A stretch of 64,000 nt of DNA from an uncultured Actinomycetota bacterium. GTDB lineage: Bacteria > Actinomycetota > Actinomycetes > Mycobacteriales > Pseudonocardiaceae. The DNA is taken from assembly GCA_963785135.1 (NCBI GenBank), contig CAWATV010000009.1, forward strand, positions 85,173-149,172, given 5' to 3'. The notes beneath the pieces were generated by a model. The model made no database searches and was not told the DNA's origin. It saw nothing but the letters and a program-made list of their open reading frames with translations. The translations under genes and the position numbers were made by a program. The first letter of the stretch is position 1; each line of letters opens with the position of its first letter. This document shows positions 9,386-19,900 of this stretch, piece after piece.

Positions 9386-10496
9386 GCGGGCACTGTCCCA
9401 CACGCCGCGGAACCCGATCGCGTGACGGCCTCCGACGGGTCCTCCCGGCGGGGACACGCGGCGCCGGCGGCCGGCCAGCGGCCGTCCGCGGCCGCCTCCC
9501 ACAGCCCGAGGACGGCGCGGCCGACGAGCGCGGGCCGCTCGATCTGGGCGACGTGGCCGGTGTCGGGCAGGCGCAGCAGGCGGCCGGCGGGCAGCGTCGC
9601 CGCGGTCCGGGCGGCCCGCCCCACCCCGATGAGGCGGTCGACCTCGCCCCACACGACGAGGGTGGGCACGCGCACCGCGGCCGCCGCGGCCCACAGCGAC
9701 CGGGCCGGCGGGGCGAACCACAGGCCCATCAGCCCGGCGAACGGACCGGTGCAGCGCCTCCGGGGTCCACGGCAGTGCCGCGCGCTCCGCGGCCTCCTCG
9801 CGGGCCACGGCCAGCGCGCCGGGACCGATGCGCGCGGGGTCGGCGTGGCAGAGCGCCATGGTGGCGTCGAGGCGCTCGGCGGGGCTGCGCCCGGCCGCCT
9901 CGCGGCGCGCGCCGGCGCCGACGACGGGCAGCAGGGCCAGCGCCGCCCGCCGCCCGCCCACCCGCGAGGGCAGCGGGCGCAGGTCGGGCATCGCCGGGCT
10001 GACCAGGGTCAGGGTGCGCACCAGCTCGGGCCTGCGTGCGGCGACGAGCAGGGCGACCGCCCCGCCGAGGGAGTTGCCGAGCAGATGGACGGGCGCACCG
10101 AGGCCCGCGAGGAAGTCCTCGACGACGGCGGCGTGCGCGACCGGCCGGTAGTCCCGGGCGGCCGGCGGCGGCGTGCGCCCGAAGCCGGGCAGGTCGACCG
10201 CGAGTCCACGGCCGCGCGACGAGAGCCCCTGCGCGAGCTCGGTCCAGTTGTTCGACGAACCGCCCAGGCCGTGGACGTAGACCGCGGTCGGTGCGTCGTC
10301 CGCCGACCGGCCCGGGTGTCTCGCGGACGTGCAGCGTGGTGTCCCCGGCCGGCCACCGGCGCCCCGGCCAGGAGGGCGTGGGTGCACCCACGTCCCCGAG
10401 CGGCGCGAGCGCCCCGGCCTCGGCCATCGGGGGGCCCGCGGGCGAGGCCCGCCGGCGCGGGGCCCGGGGCGTTCGGACGATCACGCCGACCATCAT
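9382..10496 (-). CDS. Alpha/beta hydrolase interrupted by two apparent +1 frameshifts (about 10307 and 9742)
   Basis: Three frames give continuous fold motifs: ..LHVRETPG / VYVHGLGGS, DLPGFG, GNSLGG / PTLVVWGEVD, GHVAQIERP; start uncertain (10496 or 10427). Confidence 0.8.
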
Positions 10497-10659
10497 GGCG
10501 GTGTCCACGCGGTGACGTCCCGGTGACGGGAGGACGACCACGCGGTTGACGGGACCTCCGCGGCTTGTCGGCGGGTGTGTGAGCCGCCACGGTGGGTAGG
10601 GTCGGATCCCGGTACGGACCCCGACCGGGGACGGCGCGATCACGGACGGGGGCGGGACC

Positions 10660-11289
10660 GTGGCGATGAACGGGCAGGCGGGCGTGCCCCCCGGACGGGC
10701 GCGGTTGTCGCGGACGGCACGCCGGGCCCAGCTGCTCGACTCCGCCCGCGACGTCTTCGGGTCCCGCGGCTACCACGCCGCGGCGATGGACGAGATCGCC
10801 GAGCGTGCCGGGGTCAGCAAGCCGGTGCTCTACCAGCACTTCCCGGGCAAGCTCGATCTCTACCGCGCCCTCGTGCAGGGCGCCGCGGACGAGATGGTGC
10901 GGACGGTCCGGGCCGCGATCCGCTCGACCACCGACAACAAGGCCCGCGTGCAGGCCGCCGTCCAGGCCTACTTCGACGTCGTGTCCTCGCGCGACGGGGC
11001 GATGCGCCTGGTGTTCGAGACCGACACGCGCGCGACCCCCGAGGTCGCGGAGCTGGTCGACCGGGCGACGTCGGACTGCATCGACGCGGTGACCGAGGCG
11101 GTCACCACCGACGCGGGGCTCGAGCCCGAGCGCGCCCGGCTGCTCGCCGTCGGGCTGGTGGGCCTGTCGACCACCGCGGCGCGCTACTGGCTGGACGCGG
11201 GTCTGCAGCCCCCGCGGGAGGACGCGATCACGCTCATGACCCAGCTGGCGTGGCGCGGCATCGGCGGGTTCCCCCGCCAGGAGGGCTGA
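10660..11289 (+). CDS. TetR/AcrR family regulator
   Basis: RRAQLLDSARDVFGSRGYHAAAMDEIAERAGVSKPVLYQHFPGK helix-turn-helix. Confidence 0.93.
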   Translation: MAMNGQAGVPPGRARLSRTARRAQLLDSARDVFGSRGYHAAAMDEIAERAGVSKPVLYQHFPGKLDLYRALVQGAADEMVRTVRAAIRSTTDNKARVQAAVQAYFDVVSSRDGAMRLVFETDTRATPEVAELVDRATSDCIDAVTEAVTTDAGLEPERARLLAVGLVGLSTTAARYWLDAGLQPPREDAITLMTQLAWRGIGGFPRQEG

Positions 11290-11312
11290 CGGTCCGGACT
11301 TCCCGCGGACCG
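11290..11312. terminator. Hairpin between convergent tetR and DUF3107 genes
   Basis: CGGTCCG...CGGACCG 7-bp stem immediately after the tetR stop; no U tract. Confidence 0.35.
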
Positions 11313-11331
11313 CCAGCCGTCCCGCGCCGTC

Positions 11332-11562
11332 CTAGGTGCTGACGCCGAACCCGACGCGCCGCCCCTCGGACGGCGCGATCTCCACATAGGCGATGCGCGC
11401 CGAGGGCACCACGTAGCGGCGCCCCTTGTCGTCGGAGAGCACGAGCGTGCCGGTGCCGGACCCGAGCGCCTCGTCGACCAGCGCCTGGACCTCGTCGGCC
11501 GTCTGGTCGCTCGCCACCACCAGCTCGCGCGGGCTCTCCGCCACGCCGATCTTGACCTCCAC
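11332..11562 (-). CDS. DUF3107 family protein
   Basis: MEVKIGVAESPRELVV...LSDDKGRRYVVPSARIAYVEIAPSEGRRVGFG; GGAGG SD before GTG 11562. Confidence 0.9.
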   Translation of the reverse strand: MEVKIGVAESPRELVVASDQTADEVQALVDEALGSGTGTLVLSDDKGRRYVVPSARIAYVEIAPSEGRRVGFGVST

Positions 11563-11680
11563 GCGTTTCCTCCGCCTGACCCGATGCTGGTGAGGAGCGG
11601 GCACGCGCACGTCCCGCCCTCCTGGCCCGCGCAGGGTAGTCCACCGCGGGGCGGGCCGGCCGTGCGCGCGGAGCCGGCCC

Positions 11681-12325
11681 CTACAGGCCGAGCGCCTGCA
11701 TGCGCTTGGCGTGCCGCGACTTGAGGGCCTTGAACAACGCCTGGCGGGTGGTGTCGCCGAGCAGGGCGGACGCGGCGGCCGGGTGCTCGTCGAGCACGAG
11801 GGCGGCCGCCGCCAGGGTCTCCCCCAGCAGGCGCCTGCCCCAGCGGGCGAGCCGGTCGTGCACCCGGGGGTCGGCGCCCAGTGCCGCGATCTGGCGCTCG
11901 GCGAAGGCGTCGAAGCCGGTCCCGGTGTCCGGCCGGTGGACGAGGTCGCTGTCGGCGCCCGCCGCCTCCGCGGAGCCTGCCGCCAGCACCATGTCGACGG
12001 CCAGCGTGCGACCGACGTGGGCGGCGACCAGGGCCTCGCCCCAGTCGCCCGGCGCGGTCCGGTCCGCGAAGGCGTCCAGGGCGGGCACGAACGGCGCCAT
12101 CGCGGCGACGACGTCGGTCCCGCGCCCCGCGAGGTGCTCGCGGACCCGCTCGAAGTGGGCGATCTCCGCCGCGGCCAGGGAGGCGACCTCGGTGCGTCCC
12201 GCCAGATCGGGGGCGCGGTGGGCGTCGGCGGCGAGCCTGCCGAAGGCCGCGAGGGCCCCGTAGGCCACCGCGCCCAGCAACTCGACGCGCACCGTCTCGG
12301 CCGATTCGGCAGGGGGCTCGGTCAC
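11681..12325 (-). CDS. Ferritin-like fold (MiaE-like) protein
   Basis: ELLGAVAYGALAAFGRLAADA, AAEIAHFERV, HAKRMQALGL; syntenic with DUF3107 and rhlE. Confidence 0.8.
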   Translation of the reverse strand: MTEPPAESAETVRVELLGAVAYGALAAFGRLAADAHRAPDLAGRTEVASLAAAEIAHFERVREHLAGRGTDVVAAMAPFVPALDAFADRTAPGDWGEALVAAHVGRTLAVDMVLAAGSAEAAGADSDLVHRPDTGTGFDAFAERQIAALGADPRVHDRLARWGRRLLGETLAAAALVLDEHPAAASALLGDTTRQALFKALKSRHAKRMQALGL

Positions 12326-12633
12326 GGGCGGAGAGCCTACTTCCGGCGCGGCCGACGGCGGCGCGGAGCCGAACGGGGGACGACCGGTACCATGGTGACC
12401 AGTCCCGCCGGGGCGCGCACCGTCTCTCCACTCTGGCGCCGTGTGCCCCGCGGAACGCACCCGAGCGTGCGGGCGCCTTCGCCGGCTCTCCCGCGACCGG
12501 TGCCGACCATGGTGGTGCTCCAACGCCGGAGCGCCCCGGGTCGACACCAGCGTCCGGTCCGGACCCCCCGGGCCCGGCGCGGTCGAGCCAGCCGGCCCGC
12601 CTCGTGCGCACGCGCCACGAGAGAGGCAGACCC

Positions 12634-14395
12634 CTGACCATCACCGACGAGACCACGACCGACCCTGACGACGAGCAGGCCACCGACGAGCCGACGGTCC
12701 AGCCGCTGGTGCCCACCGCACCGGTGACCGAGGACTCCCCCACCTTCGCCGAGCTCGGCGTGGACGACCTGATCGTCGGCGCCCTCTCCCGCGCCGGCAT
12801 CGTGCGCACGTTCGCCATCCAGGAGCTGACGCTGCCGCTGGCCCTGGCCGGCGAGGACGTCATCGGCCAGGCCCGCACCGGCACCGGCAAGACCCTCGGC
12901 TTCGGTGTCCCCCTGCTGCAGCGCCTCGGCACCCCCACCGAGGACGGCACCCCCCGTGTGCTGGTCGTCGTGCCGACCCGCGAGCTGTGCGTCCAGGTGG
13001 CCGGAGACCTCCACGCGGCGGCCGCCGACCTGGGCACCCGCGTCGTGTCCATCTACGGCGGGCGTCCCTACGAGAGCCAGATCGCCGCGCTGCAGCGCGG
13101 CGTCGAGATCGTCGTCGGCACCCCGGGACGCCTGCTCGACCTCGCCCAGCAGGGCCACCTGATCCTGGCCAAGGTCGGCGGCCTCGTCCTCGACGAGGCC
13201 GACGAGATGCTCGACCTTGGCTTCCTGCCCGACGTCGAGCGCATCCTCGGGATGCTGCCCGAGAAGCGCCAGACGATGCTGTTCTCGGCGACCATGCCCG
13301 GGCCGATCATCACGCTGGCCCGCACGTTCCTGACCCAGCCGACGCACATCCGCGCCGAGCAGGTCGACGCGACCGCCATCGGCGAGAAGACCGCGCAGTA
13401 CGTCTACCGCGCCCACGCGATGGACAAGGTCGAGATGCTGGCGCGCACCCTGCAGGCGACCGACCGCGGCGCGACGATGGTGTTCACGCGCACCAAGCGG
13501 ACGGCCAGCAAGGTCTCCGAGGAGCTCGCCGAGCGCGGTTTCGCCGTCGGCGCCGTCCACGGCGACCTCGGGCAGGGGGCCCGCGAGCACGCGCTCAAGG
13601 CGTTCCGCGACGGCCGCATCGACGTCCTGGTCTGCACCGACGTCGCCGCGCGCGGCATCGACGTCACCGGCGTGACCCACGTCATCAACTACCAGTGCCC
13701 GGACGACGCCAAGACCTACATCCACCGCATCGGTCGCACCGGCCGCGCCGGCCTCACCGGCATCGCGGTCACGCTCGTCGACTGGGACGACCTCCCCAAG
13801 TGGAAGCTGATCTCCGACGACCTGGCCCTGGGAGCCCCGGAGCCGCCGGAGACGTACTCCAACTCGCCGCACCTCTACGCGGACATGGGCATCCCGGACT
13901 CGGCGACCGGCCGCGTCGCGCGTCGCCGCCGCCCCGCCGAGGAGGAGGCCGAGGACGACGGGGCGGGCGCCCCCCGCACCCGCTCGCGCGGCGGCCGCTC
14001 CGGCGAGTCCCGCAGCAGCGAGTCGCGCAGCAGCGAGTCGCGCAGCGGCGAGTCCCGCAGCAGCCGAGTCCCGCACCAGCGACGCCGCCTCCGACGAGGC
14101 CGAGGGCGGTCGTGACGGCACGCGCGGGCGCCGCTCGCGTTCCTCGTCGCGCTCGCGGACCCGTCGCCGCGGCGGCGAGCTCGTCACCGGGCCCGACACC
14201 GGCGGCCCCGACAACCGTTCCGACGGCCCCGAGCCCGCCTCCGAGCGGGCCGAGGCCGGGGGCGACGCCGCGACCGACGAGGCGGGCGCGCCCGCCCGCC
14301 GCCGCCGTCGACGCGGACGGGGCGGGCGTGGCGGCTCGGGCTCCGGCGCGCCCACCGAGTCCACCCCGGCCGCCGACCCGGTCGCGGGCGACTGA
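12634..14395 (+). CDS. rhlE: DEAD-box RNA helicase (RhlE-like), probable CTG start, apparent +1 frameshift at about 14065 in the C-terminal tail
   Basis: Q motif FAIQE, GQARTGTGKT, PTRELC, GTPGRLLD, DEAD, FSAT, HRIGRTGR; removing one C at 14065 restores the repeat frame and an Arg-rich tail ending at TGA 14393-14395. Confidence 0.9.
14005..14080 (+). repeat. Five 15-bp tandem units GAGTC[CG]CGCA[GC]C[AG]GC (ESRSS peptides) in the helicase tail
   Basis: Units start at 14005, 14020, 14035, 14050 and 14066, with one extra C at 14065. Confidence 0.85.
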
Positions 14396-14405
14396 CCCAC
14401 CACCC

Positions 14406-15755
14406 GTGACGTCCACGTCCGGGTCGCCGGCCCCGCCGTCGCCGCCCACCGAGGGGCGGCGCCGGGGCCGGCGGTTACCGGAGCTGCCGCCCCCCGAGCG
14501 GCGGCGCCGCGGTGACCTGATCGCCGCGGCGCTGATCACCGCGGCCGTGCTGGTCGTCGTGGTCGTCGTCGTCGCCACCGGGGACGCCGCGGGCACCGTC
14601 GACCGGGTGGCCCCGCGACCCCTGGTCGCCCCGCCCGACGGTCCTGTTCCGACCGCCCTGGTGGAGGCCTGGCGCGCCGAGAGCCCGGCGACACCCGCCC
14701 CGGTCGTCGTCGGTCCGGCCGTGGTCACCGCCGGCCCCGACGGCGTGGTCGGCCACGACGCGACCACGGGCACGCCGGCCTGGTCGTACACCCGCCCCGA
14801 GGTGCCGTGCACGGTCGGCGCCGGGTTCGGCGACGTGCTCGCCGTGTTCCGCACCGACGGCGCGCTCGGCCCCTGGTGCTCCGACGTCGCCGCCCTCGAC
14901 CCGGACACCGGCGCCCGCGGCCCCGCCCGCCACGCCGACCTCCGCGAGGGGACCCGCCTGCTCGCCGACCGCGACCAGGTCACGGGGACGGGCCGCGACT
15001 ACCTCGAGACCTGGCGCTCGGACCTCGTGGCCACCACCGAGATCGGCACCCTGCCCACCCCCGTGCAGCCCCCGGGAGAACAGCCGCGCGCCGGTTGCGC
15101 GAACGGCTCGATCGCGGTCGGCGGGGGCTCGCTCGCGGCCGTCGAGCGCTGTCCGGGCGAGGCGTCCGACCGCCTCACCGTGTTCGACGCCGACCCGCCC
15201 AGCTCGGAGAAGCCGCAGGAGCGCACGAGCCTGCTCACCGGCCTCGTCGGCGCCCGCGTGGTCGCCCTGACCGACCGGCGCGTCGCGTTCACCGCGCCCG
15301 ACGGCGTGCTGCGCGTCCTCGACGTCGCCCTCGCCGCGTCCGAGGGCTCGGAGCCCAGCCCGGTCCTGTACCCGCTGGGCACCGCCGCCGGACCGACCAC
15401 CGACCCGCCCGGCCTCGCCGCCACCGTCCGCCCGGTCGGCCCCGTGCTGCTGTGGTGGACGGGCACCGCGACGGTCGGCCTCGACCCCGACGACCTGCGG
15501 CCCCGCTGGGCCGTGCCCGGCACCCTCGGCGCCGGCGCCGCCTGGCCCGGCACGGCACCCGCGGCCACCGTCCTCGTCCCGGTCCCGGCGGGACTCGCGG
15601 TCCTCGACGCCGCCACCGGCGCCCCGCGGGCCGCCCCGATCCCCGTCGCCCGCCCCGGTACCGCTCCCGACGCACCCGTCGCGGTGGGCGCGGTGGGCAC
15701 CGTGCTGGTCGAGCAGCGCGGCCCGACCGTGGTCGCCCTGCGCCCTCCGCCCTGA
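14406..15755 (+). CDS. Rv3212-like membrane-anchored protein with PQQ-like beta-propeller repeats
   Basis: PPERRRRGDLIAAALI TM segment, WSYTRP, YLETWRSDLV; usual position downstream of rhlE. Confidence 0.75.
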   Translation: MTSTSGSPAPPSPPTEGRRRGRRLPELPPPERRRRGDLIAAALITAAVLVVVVVVVATGDAAGTVDRVAPRPLVAPPDGPVPTALVEAWRAESPATPAPVVVGPAVVTAGPDGVVGHDATTGTPAWSYTRPEVPCTVGAGFGDVLAVFRTDGALGPWCSDVAALDPDTGARGPARHADLREGTRLLADRDQVTGTGRDYLETWRSDLVATTEIGTLPTPVQPPGEQPRAGCANGSIAVGGGSLAAVERCPGEASDRLTVFDADPPSSEKPQERTSLLTGLVGARVVALTDRRVAFTAPDGVLRVLDVALAASEGSEPSPVLYPLGTAAGPTTDPPGLAATVRPVGPVLLWWTGTATVGLDPDDLRPRWAVPGTLGAGAAWPGTAPAATVLVPVPAGLAVLDAATGAPRAAPIPVARPGTAPDAPVAVGAVGTVLVEQRGPTVVALRPPP

Positions 15756-15800
15756 CGCGTCCTCCCGCCGGCCCGCCCGCATTGCGGCAGACTGGCCGAG

Positions 15801-16787
15801 GTGGGCCCCCTCTGGAACTCGTCCGAGTCGGCCGTTCCCGAGTACCCGGCGCCGGCGGCCCGGACCCCCGACGCGACGCCGACGACGGTCACCGCCCGCC
15901 ACGGCGAGGCCCAGTGCCACCCCCACGCGGGCGTCCCCGTCCTGATCGACTCGACGTACGGCCCGATCGCCGCGCTCCGGGCGGACCCGACCGGCGAGGC
16001 GGTCGAGGGGCCGCCGGCCACGGCGGTCCTGGTGCCCGGCTACTCGGGGTCGAAGGAGGACTTCGCCCCCCTGATCGACCCGATCGCCGCCGCGGGGATC
16101 GGGGTCCTCGCCGTCGACCTGCCCGGGCAGTACGAGTCACCCGGCCCGGGGAGCGAGAGCGACTACCGGCCGGCCGCGCTCGGCCCGGTGCTCGCCCGCC
16201 TGCTGCGCGACGAGGTCGACGCCGGGCGACGGGTGCTCTTGCTCGGGCACTCCTTCGGCGGGCTCGTGGCCCGCGCCGCGGTGCTCGCCGGGGCCCCGGC
16301 GCACGGGCTCACGCTCCTGGACTCCGGGCCGGGCGAGCTGCCGATGGGCCGGCGGCGCACCCAGCTCGACGTGCTCGAACCCGTCCTGCGCCGGCGCGGC
16401 CTCCCGGCCGTGATCGCGCTGCGCGACGGCTCCGGTGAGTGGTCGTCGACCGACCCCGACGTCGTGGCGCTCCTGCGCGAGCGGCTCGCCCGGTCGTCCC
16501 CGGTCGGGCTCCTGGGCATGGGCGACGCGCTGCGCGACGAGCCCGACCGCACCGCCGAGCTCGTCGCCGCCGTGCGCGCCCGCCGGATCCCCTGCCTCGT
16601 GGTGTGCGGGGTGGAGGACGACGCCTGGCCGGTGACGGTGCAGCGCACGATGGCCGACCGGCTCGAGGCCGAGTTCGCCGCCGTCCCCGGCGCCGCGCAC
16701 GCCCCGAACGTCGAGAGCCCCGCCGCCCTGCTCGACGTCCTGGTCCCCACGTGGCGGACGTGGCTGCGCGACGACATCCTGGGGTGA
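15801..16787 (+). CDS. Alpha/beta hydrolase
   Basis: LVPGYSGSKEDF, DLPGQYES, GHSFGG nucleophile elbow, GAAHAPNVE. Confidence 0.88.
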   Translation: MGPLWNSSESAVPEYPAPAARTPDATPTTVTARHGEAQCHPHAGVPVLIDSTYGPIAALRADPTGEAVEGPPATAVLVPGYSGSKEDFAPLIDPIAAAGIGVLAVDLPGQYESPGPGSESDYRPAALGPVLARLLRDEVDAGRRVLLLGHSFGGLVARAAVLAGAPAHGLTLLDSGPGELPMGRRRTQLDVLEPVLRRRGLPAVIALRDGSGEWSSTDPDVVALLRERLARSSPVGLLGMGDALRDEPDRTAELVAAVRARRIPCLVVCGVEDDAWPVTVQRTMADRLEAEFAAVPGAAHAPNVESPAALLDVLVPTWRTWLRDDILG

Positions 16788-17623
16788 TGTCCGGACCGAC
16801 GCCCGCTGCCCACGACGGCTACTTCGGACCGGGCAGCATCAGCTGGCGGGTCCTCGCCGATCCCGCCGCCGGACCGGGCGGCCTGTCCGCGCTGTTCCTG
16901 CAGGCGCTGCACCCGCGGGCGCTGGCCGGGGTCGACCAGCACTCCGACTTCGCCGAGGACTTCTGGCCCCGCCTCCAGCGCACCGCCGAGTACGTGATGA
17001 CGGTCACCTACGGGCCGCGCGAGCGTGTCGACGGGATGGCCGCGCGGGTGCGCCGGGCCCATGAGTGGGTCCGCGGCATCGACCCGGTGACCGGCCTGCC
17101 CTACGCCGCCGGCGACCCCGACCTGCTGCGCTGGGTGCACGTCGCCGAGGTCAGCTCGTTCCTCACCGCGGTCCGGCGGGCGGGCGCGCCGATCTCGGAC
17201 GCCGAGGCCGACACCTACTACGCCGAGCAGGTCCTGGCCGCCGAGCTCCTCGGCGCGACCGACGTCCCCGCCAGCCGTGCCGACGTCGACGACTACTTCG
17301 CCGACGTCCGCGCCGACCTGCGCGCCTCGTCCACCAGCCGCGGCGCCGCGATCCGCCTGCTCGCGCCGCCGATGTCGCTGCGCACCACGCTCACCACCCC
17401 GGCCCGGCCGGCCTGGACCGCGCTGGCCGCCCTCGGGTTCGCACTGCAGCCGCGCTGGGCCCGGCGGCTGCACGGTGTCCCGACGCTGCCGACCACCGAC
17501 CTCGCGGCGACCGTGACGCTGCGCACGCTGCGGGCGGCGGCCATGGCCCTCCCCGAGCACTGGCGGCACGGGCCGATGGCGCGCGAGGCCCTCGCCCGCG
17601 AGCGGGAGGCGCTGGGCGCCTGA
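16787..17623 (+). CDS. Oxygenase MpaB / DUF2236 family protein
   Basis: GYFGPGSISWRV, LQALHP, RLQRTAEY, YAAGDPDLLRWVH; ATG overlaps the upstream TGA. Confidence 0.88.
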   Translation: MSGPTPAAHDGYFGPGSISWRVLADPAAGPGGLSALFLQALHPRALAGVDQHSDFAEDFWPRLQRTAEYVMTVTYGPRERVDGMAARVRRAHEWVRGIDPVTGLPYAAGDPDLLRWVHVAEVSSFLTAVRRAGAPISDAEADTYYAEQVLAAELLGATDVPASRADVDDYFADVRADLRASSTSRGAAIRLLAPPMSLRTTLTTPARPAWTALAALGFALQPRWARRLHGVPTLPTTDLAATVTLRTLRAAAMALPEHWRHGPMAREALAREREALGA

Positions 17624-17637
17624 GCCGACGACTCCGC

Positions 17638-18153
17638 TCACGCCCACCAGTAGGTGCCGAGCACCACGAGCAGGTCGACCGGGACGGCCAGCGCGGCGAG
17701 CACGCCGAGGGTGGACGGCGTGCGGGGGTGCGCGGCCACCGCCGTGGCCGCGATCGCCAGCGCCGCGCCCACCACGTGCCCGGCGACGACCGCGCCGCCC
17801 GCGCCCGGACCGCCGAGCACCCACGGGCCGCCGACGACGGCGAGCGTCAGCACGACCAGCCCGCCGGCCAGCACACGGGCGACGCCGACGAGGCGCCGCT
17901 GCGCCGTCTCCGTCGCGGTGGCCCGCGGATCGGGGACGCGGCGCCGGGCGACGCGAGGTCCGGCGGCGCGGGGGTCGGCGGGGCGGGGCTCGGCGGCGCG
18001 GCGCGGCGCGCGTCGGACCGGGCCGACCGACGCCTCCTCGCGGGTCGCCGGGCCCTCGGGGGTGCCGTACGGCGGAGTCGGCGCGCCGCGGCCCCGACCG
18101 CGGCCGTAGGGCGGCGTCGGCGGCTCGGCGCCCGGATCGGGACGGGCGGTCAC
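17638..18153 (-). CDS. Hypothetical membrane protein (three hydrophobic segments after a Pro/Arg-rich N-terminus)
   Basis: GTG overlaps the nuclease stop; hydrophobic C-terminal half ending VVLGTYWWA. Confidence 0.65.
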   Translation of the reverse strand: MTARPDPGAEPPTPPYGRGRGRGAPTPPYGTPEGPATREEASVGPVRRAPRRAAEPRPADPRAAGPRVARRRVPDPRATATETAQRRLVGVARVLAGGLVVLTLAVVGGPWVLGGPGAGGAVVAGHVVGAALAIAATAVAAHPRTPSTLGVLAALAVPVDLLVVLGTYWWA

Positions 18154-19019
18154 GGCGCGAGCCCGGCCCACGGCTCGGCCGCGGGCGCGGCGGCCCGCCC
18201 CTCCGGGCAGTTCCGGCGCATCGTGCACGCACCACAGTGCGGACCGGGGGCGGGCGGGAAGAGGTGCTCGGCGAGCGCGGGATCGCCGCCGGCGTGCTCG
18301 AGCCGGTCGGTGGCCTCCGCGAGCGCCGCCCCGGCCGCCTCGGCCCGTTCGCGGTGCGCGGCCAGGGAGGCCTCGTCGTGCTCGGCGACGGCGACGGTCC
18401 CGCTGGGCAGGTGGTGCAGCTCGACGCGCCGGCAGGGGCGGCGCAGGGTCCGGCGGATCGCGAGGGCGTAGAGCGCCAGGGACGGGGCGCGGCGGGCGTC
18501 GTCGGCGTCCGGTGCCCGGCGGCCGGTCTTGTAGTCGACCACCGCGACCGAGCCGTCGTCGCGCTCGTCGAGGCGGTCGACGCGGCCCTCGGCGACCAGC
18601 CCGCCGACCGGTGCACTCACCCAGCGCTCGACCCCGAGTGTCCGTCCGGCGGGCTCCGGGGCGTCCGGCACGGCGTGCCGCTCGACGTAGTCGGCGACCC
18701 ACCCACGGGCGCGGCTGCGGTACTCGGCGGCCTGGGCGTCGTCGCGGAAGCCCTCGCCCGACCACTGCCGGTCGACCTGCGCGGCCGCTCGCCCGGGGGT
18801 GCGGCGCGCCGGCGGGTCCGCGAAGACGGCCTGCAGCGCGTTGTGCACCACCGCGCCCAGCGTGGCGGCCGCGCGCGGCCCCCCGCGGGGCGGGGCCGGG
18901 CGGTCGAGGTAGGTCATCCGGTACCGGCGCCGGCAGTCGTCCCAGGTGGCGAGCCGCGACGGCGTGACCCGGACCAGGCGGGCGGGCATGCCCTCCAGAC
19001 CCAGCTGGTTGCTCATCAC
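18150..19019 (-). CDS. RecB-family PD-(D/E)XK nuclease (Cas4-like fold, no CRISPR context)
   Basis: TPSRLATWDDCRRRY, LGAVVH, GRVDRLD, VDYKTG, LALYALA, C-terminal CGACTMRRNC. Confidence 0.88.
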   Translation of the reverse strand: MMSNQLGLEGMPARLVRVTPSRLATWDDCRRRYRMTYLDRPAPPRGGPRAAATLGAVVHNALQAVFADPPARRTPGRAAAQVDRQWSGEGFRDDAQAAEYRSRARGWVADYVERHAVPDAPEPAGRTLGVERWVSAPVGGLVAEGRVDRLDERDDGSVAVVDYKTGRRAPDADDARRAPSLALYALAIRRTLRRPCRRVELHHLPSGTVAVAEHDEASLAAHRERAEAAGAALAEATDRLEHAGGDPALAEHLFPPAPGPHCGACTMRRNCPEGRAAAPAAEPWAGLAP

Positions 19020-19027
19020 CGTCCAGC

Positions 19028-19897
19028 CTATGCGCGGGCGTCCCCGGTCAGGACCGGCACTCCGGTGGTGCGCGCGACCAGCGCCTCGAGCACCTCGGGC
19101 GCGGTGGTGCGCGCCGCGATCGGCGTCGTCTTGTTGGCGCCGTGGTAGTCGCTGGAGCCGGTGACGAGCAGCCCGGTGTCGGCGGCCACGGCGCGCAGCA
19201 CGGCGCGGTCGGCGTCGTCGTGGTCCGGGTGGTCGATCTCGACCCCGCCGAGGCCCTCGTCGACCAGGTCGACCAGCACCGACGGCTCGATGACGGGACC
19301 GCGGGCGCGCGCGAGCGGGTGGGCGAAGACCGCGATCCCGCCCGCGGCGCGCACCATCGCGATCGCGGTCGTGATCGGGGTGTTCTCCTTCTCGACGTAG
19401 TACCGCCCGTCGGCGCTCAGCAGGTCGTCGAACGCCGCGCCCACCGAGTCCACGACGCCCGCCTCGACGAGGACGCGGGCCAGGTGCGGGCGCCCCGCGG
19501 GTGAGTCGGACGGCAGGCGGGCGAGCAGCTCGTCGGCGTCGACCGGCAGGCCGTCGGCCGCCATCCGCTCCCCCATCGTGCGCACCCGCGCCCGCCGCGA
19601 GGTCCGGAGGCGCTCCTGCTCGGCGACGATCTCGGGGTGGGCGGGGTCGAACAGGTAGCCCAGGAGGTGGGCGGTGACCGTGCCGCCGCGCCCGTCCGGG
19701 CTCTCGGTGGAGAACTCCGCGCCCCGCACGAGGGCCATGTCGGGCGGCAGCGCCGTGACCGCGGCGTCCCAGCCTGCGGTGGTGTCGTGGTCGGTCAGCG
19801 CCAGCGTCGTGACGCCGGCGGCACGGGCGACGGCGACCAGCTCGGCCGGGGAGTCGGTGCCGTCGGAGACCTCGGAGTGGGTGTGGAGATCGATCAC
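19028..19897 (-). CDS. PHP domain metal-dependent phosphoesterase
   Basis: IDLHTHSEVSDG, LTDHDT, AHLLGY, FAHP, TGSSDYHG. Confidence 0.92.
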   Translation of the reverse strand: MIDLHTHSEVSDGTDSPAELVAVARAAGVTTLALTDHDTTAGWDAAVTALPPDMALVRGAEFSTESPDGRGGTVTAHLLGYLFDPAHPEIVAEQERLRTSRRARVRTMGERMAADGLPVDADELLARLPSDSPAGRPHLARVLVEAGVVDSVGAAFDDLLSADGRYYVEKENTPITTAIAMVRAAGGIAVFAHPLARARGPVIEPSVLVDLVDEGLGGVEIDHPDHDDADRAVLRAVAADTGLLVTGSSDYHGANKTTPIAARTTAPEVLEALVARTTGVPVLTGDARA

Positions 19898-19900
19898 GTC

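Noticed and set aside
18150-19019. Cas4-like nuclease as evidence of a CRISPR system
   Set aside because: No repeat-spacer array and no cas1, cas2 or effector genes in the window; solo RecB-type nucleases are common in this context
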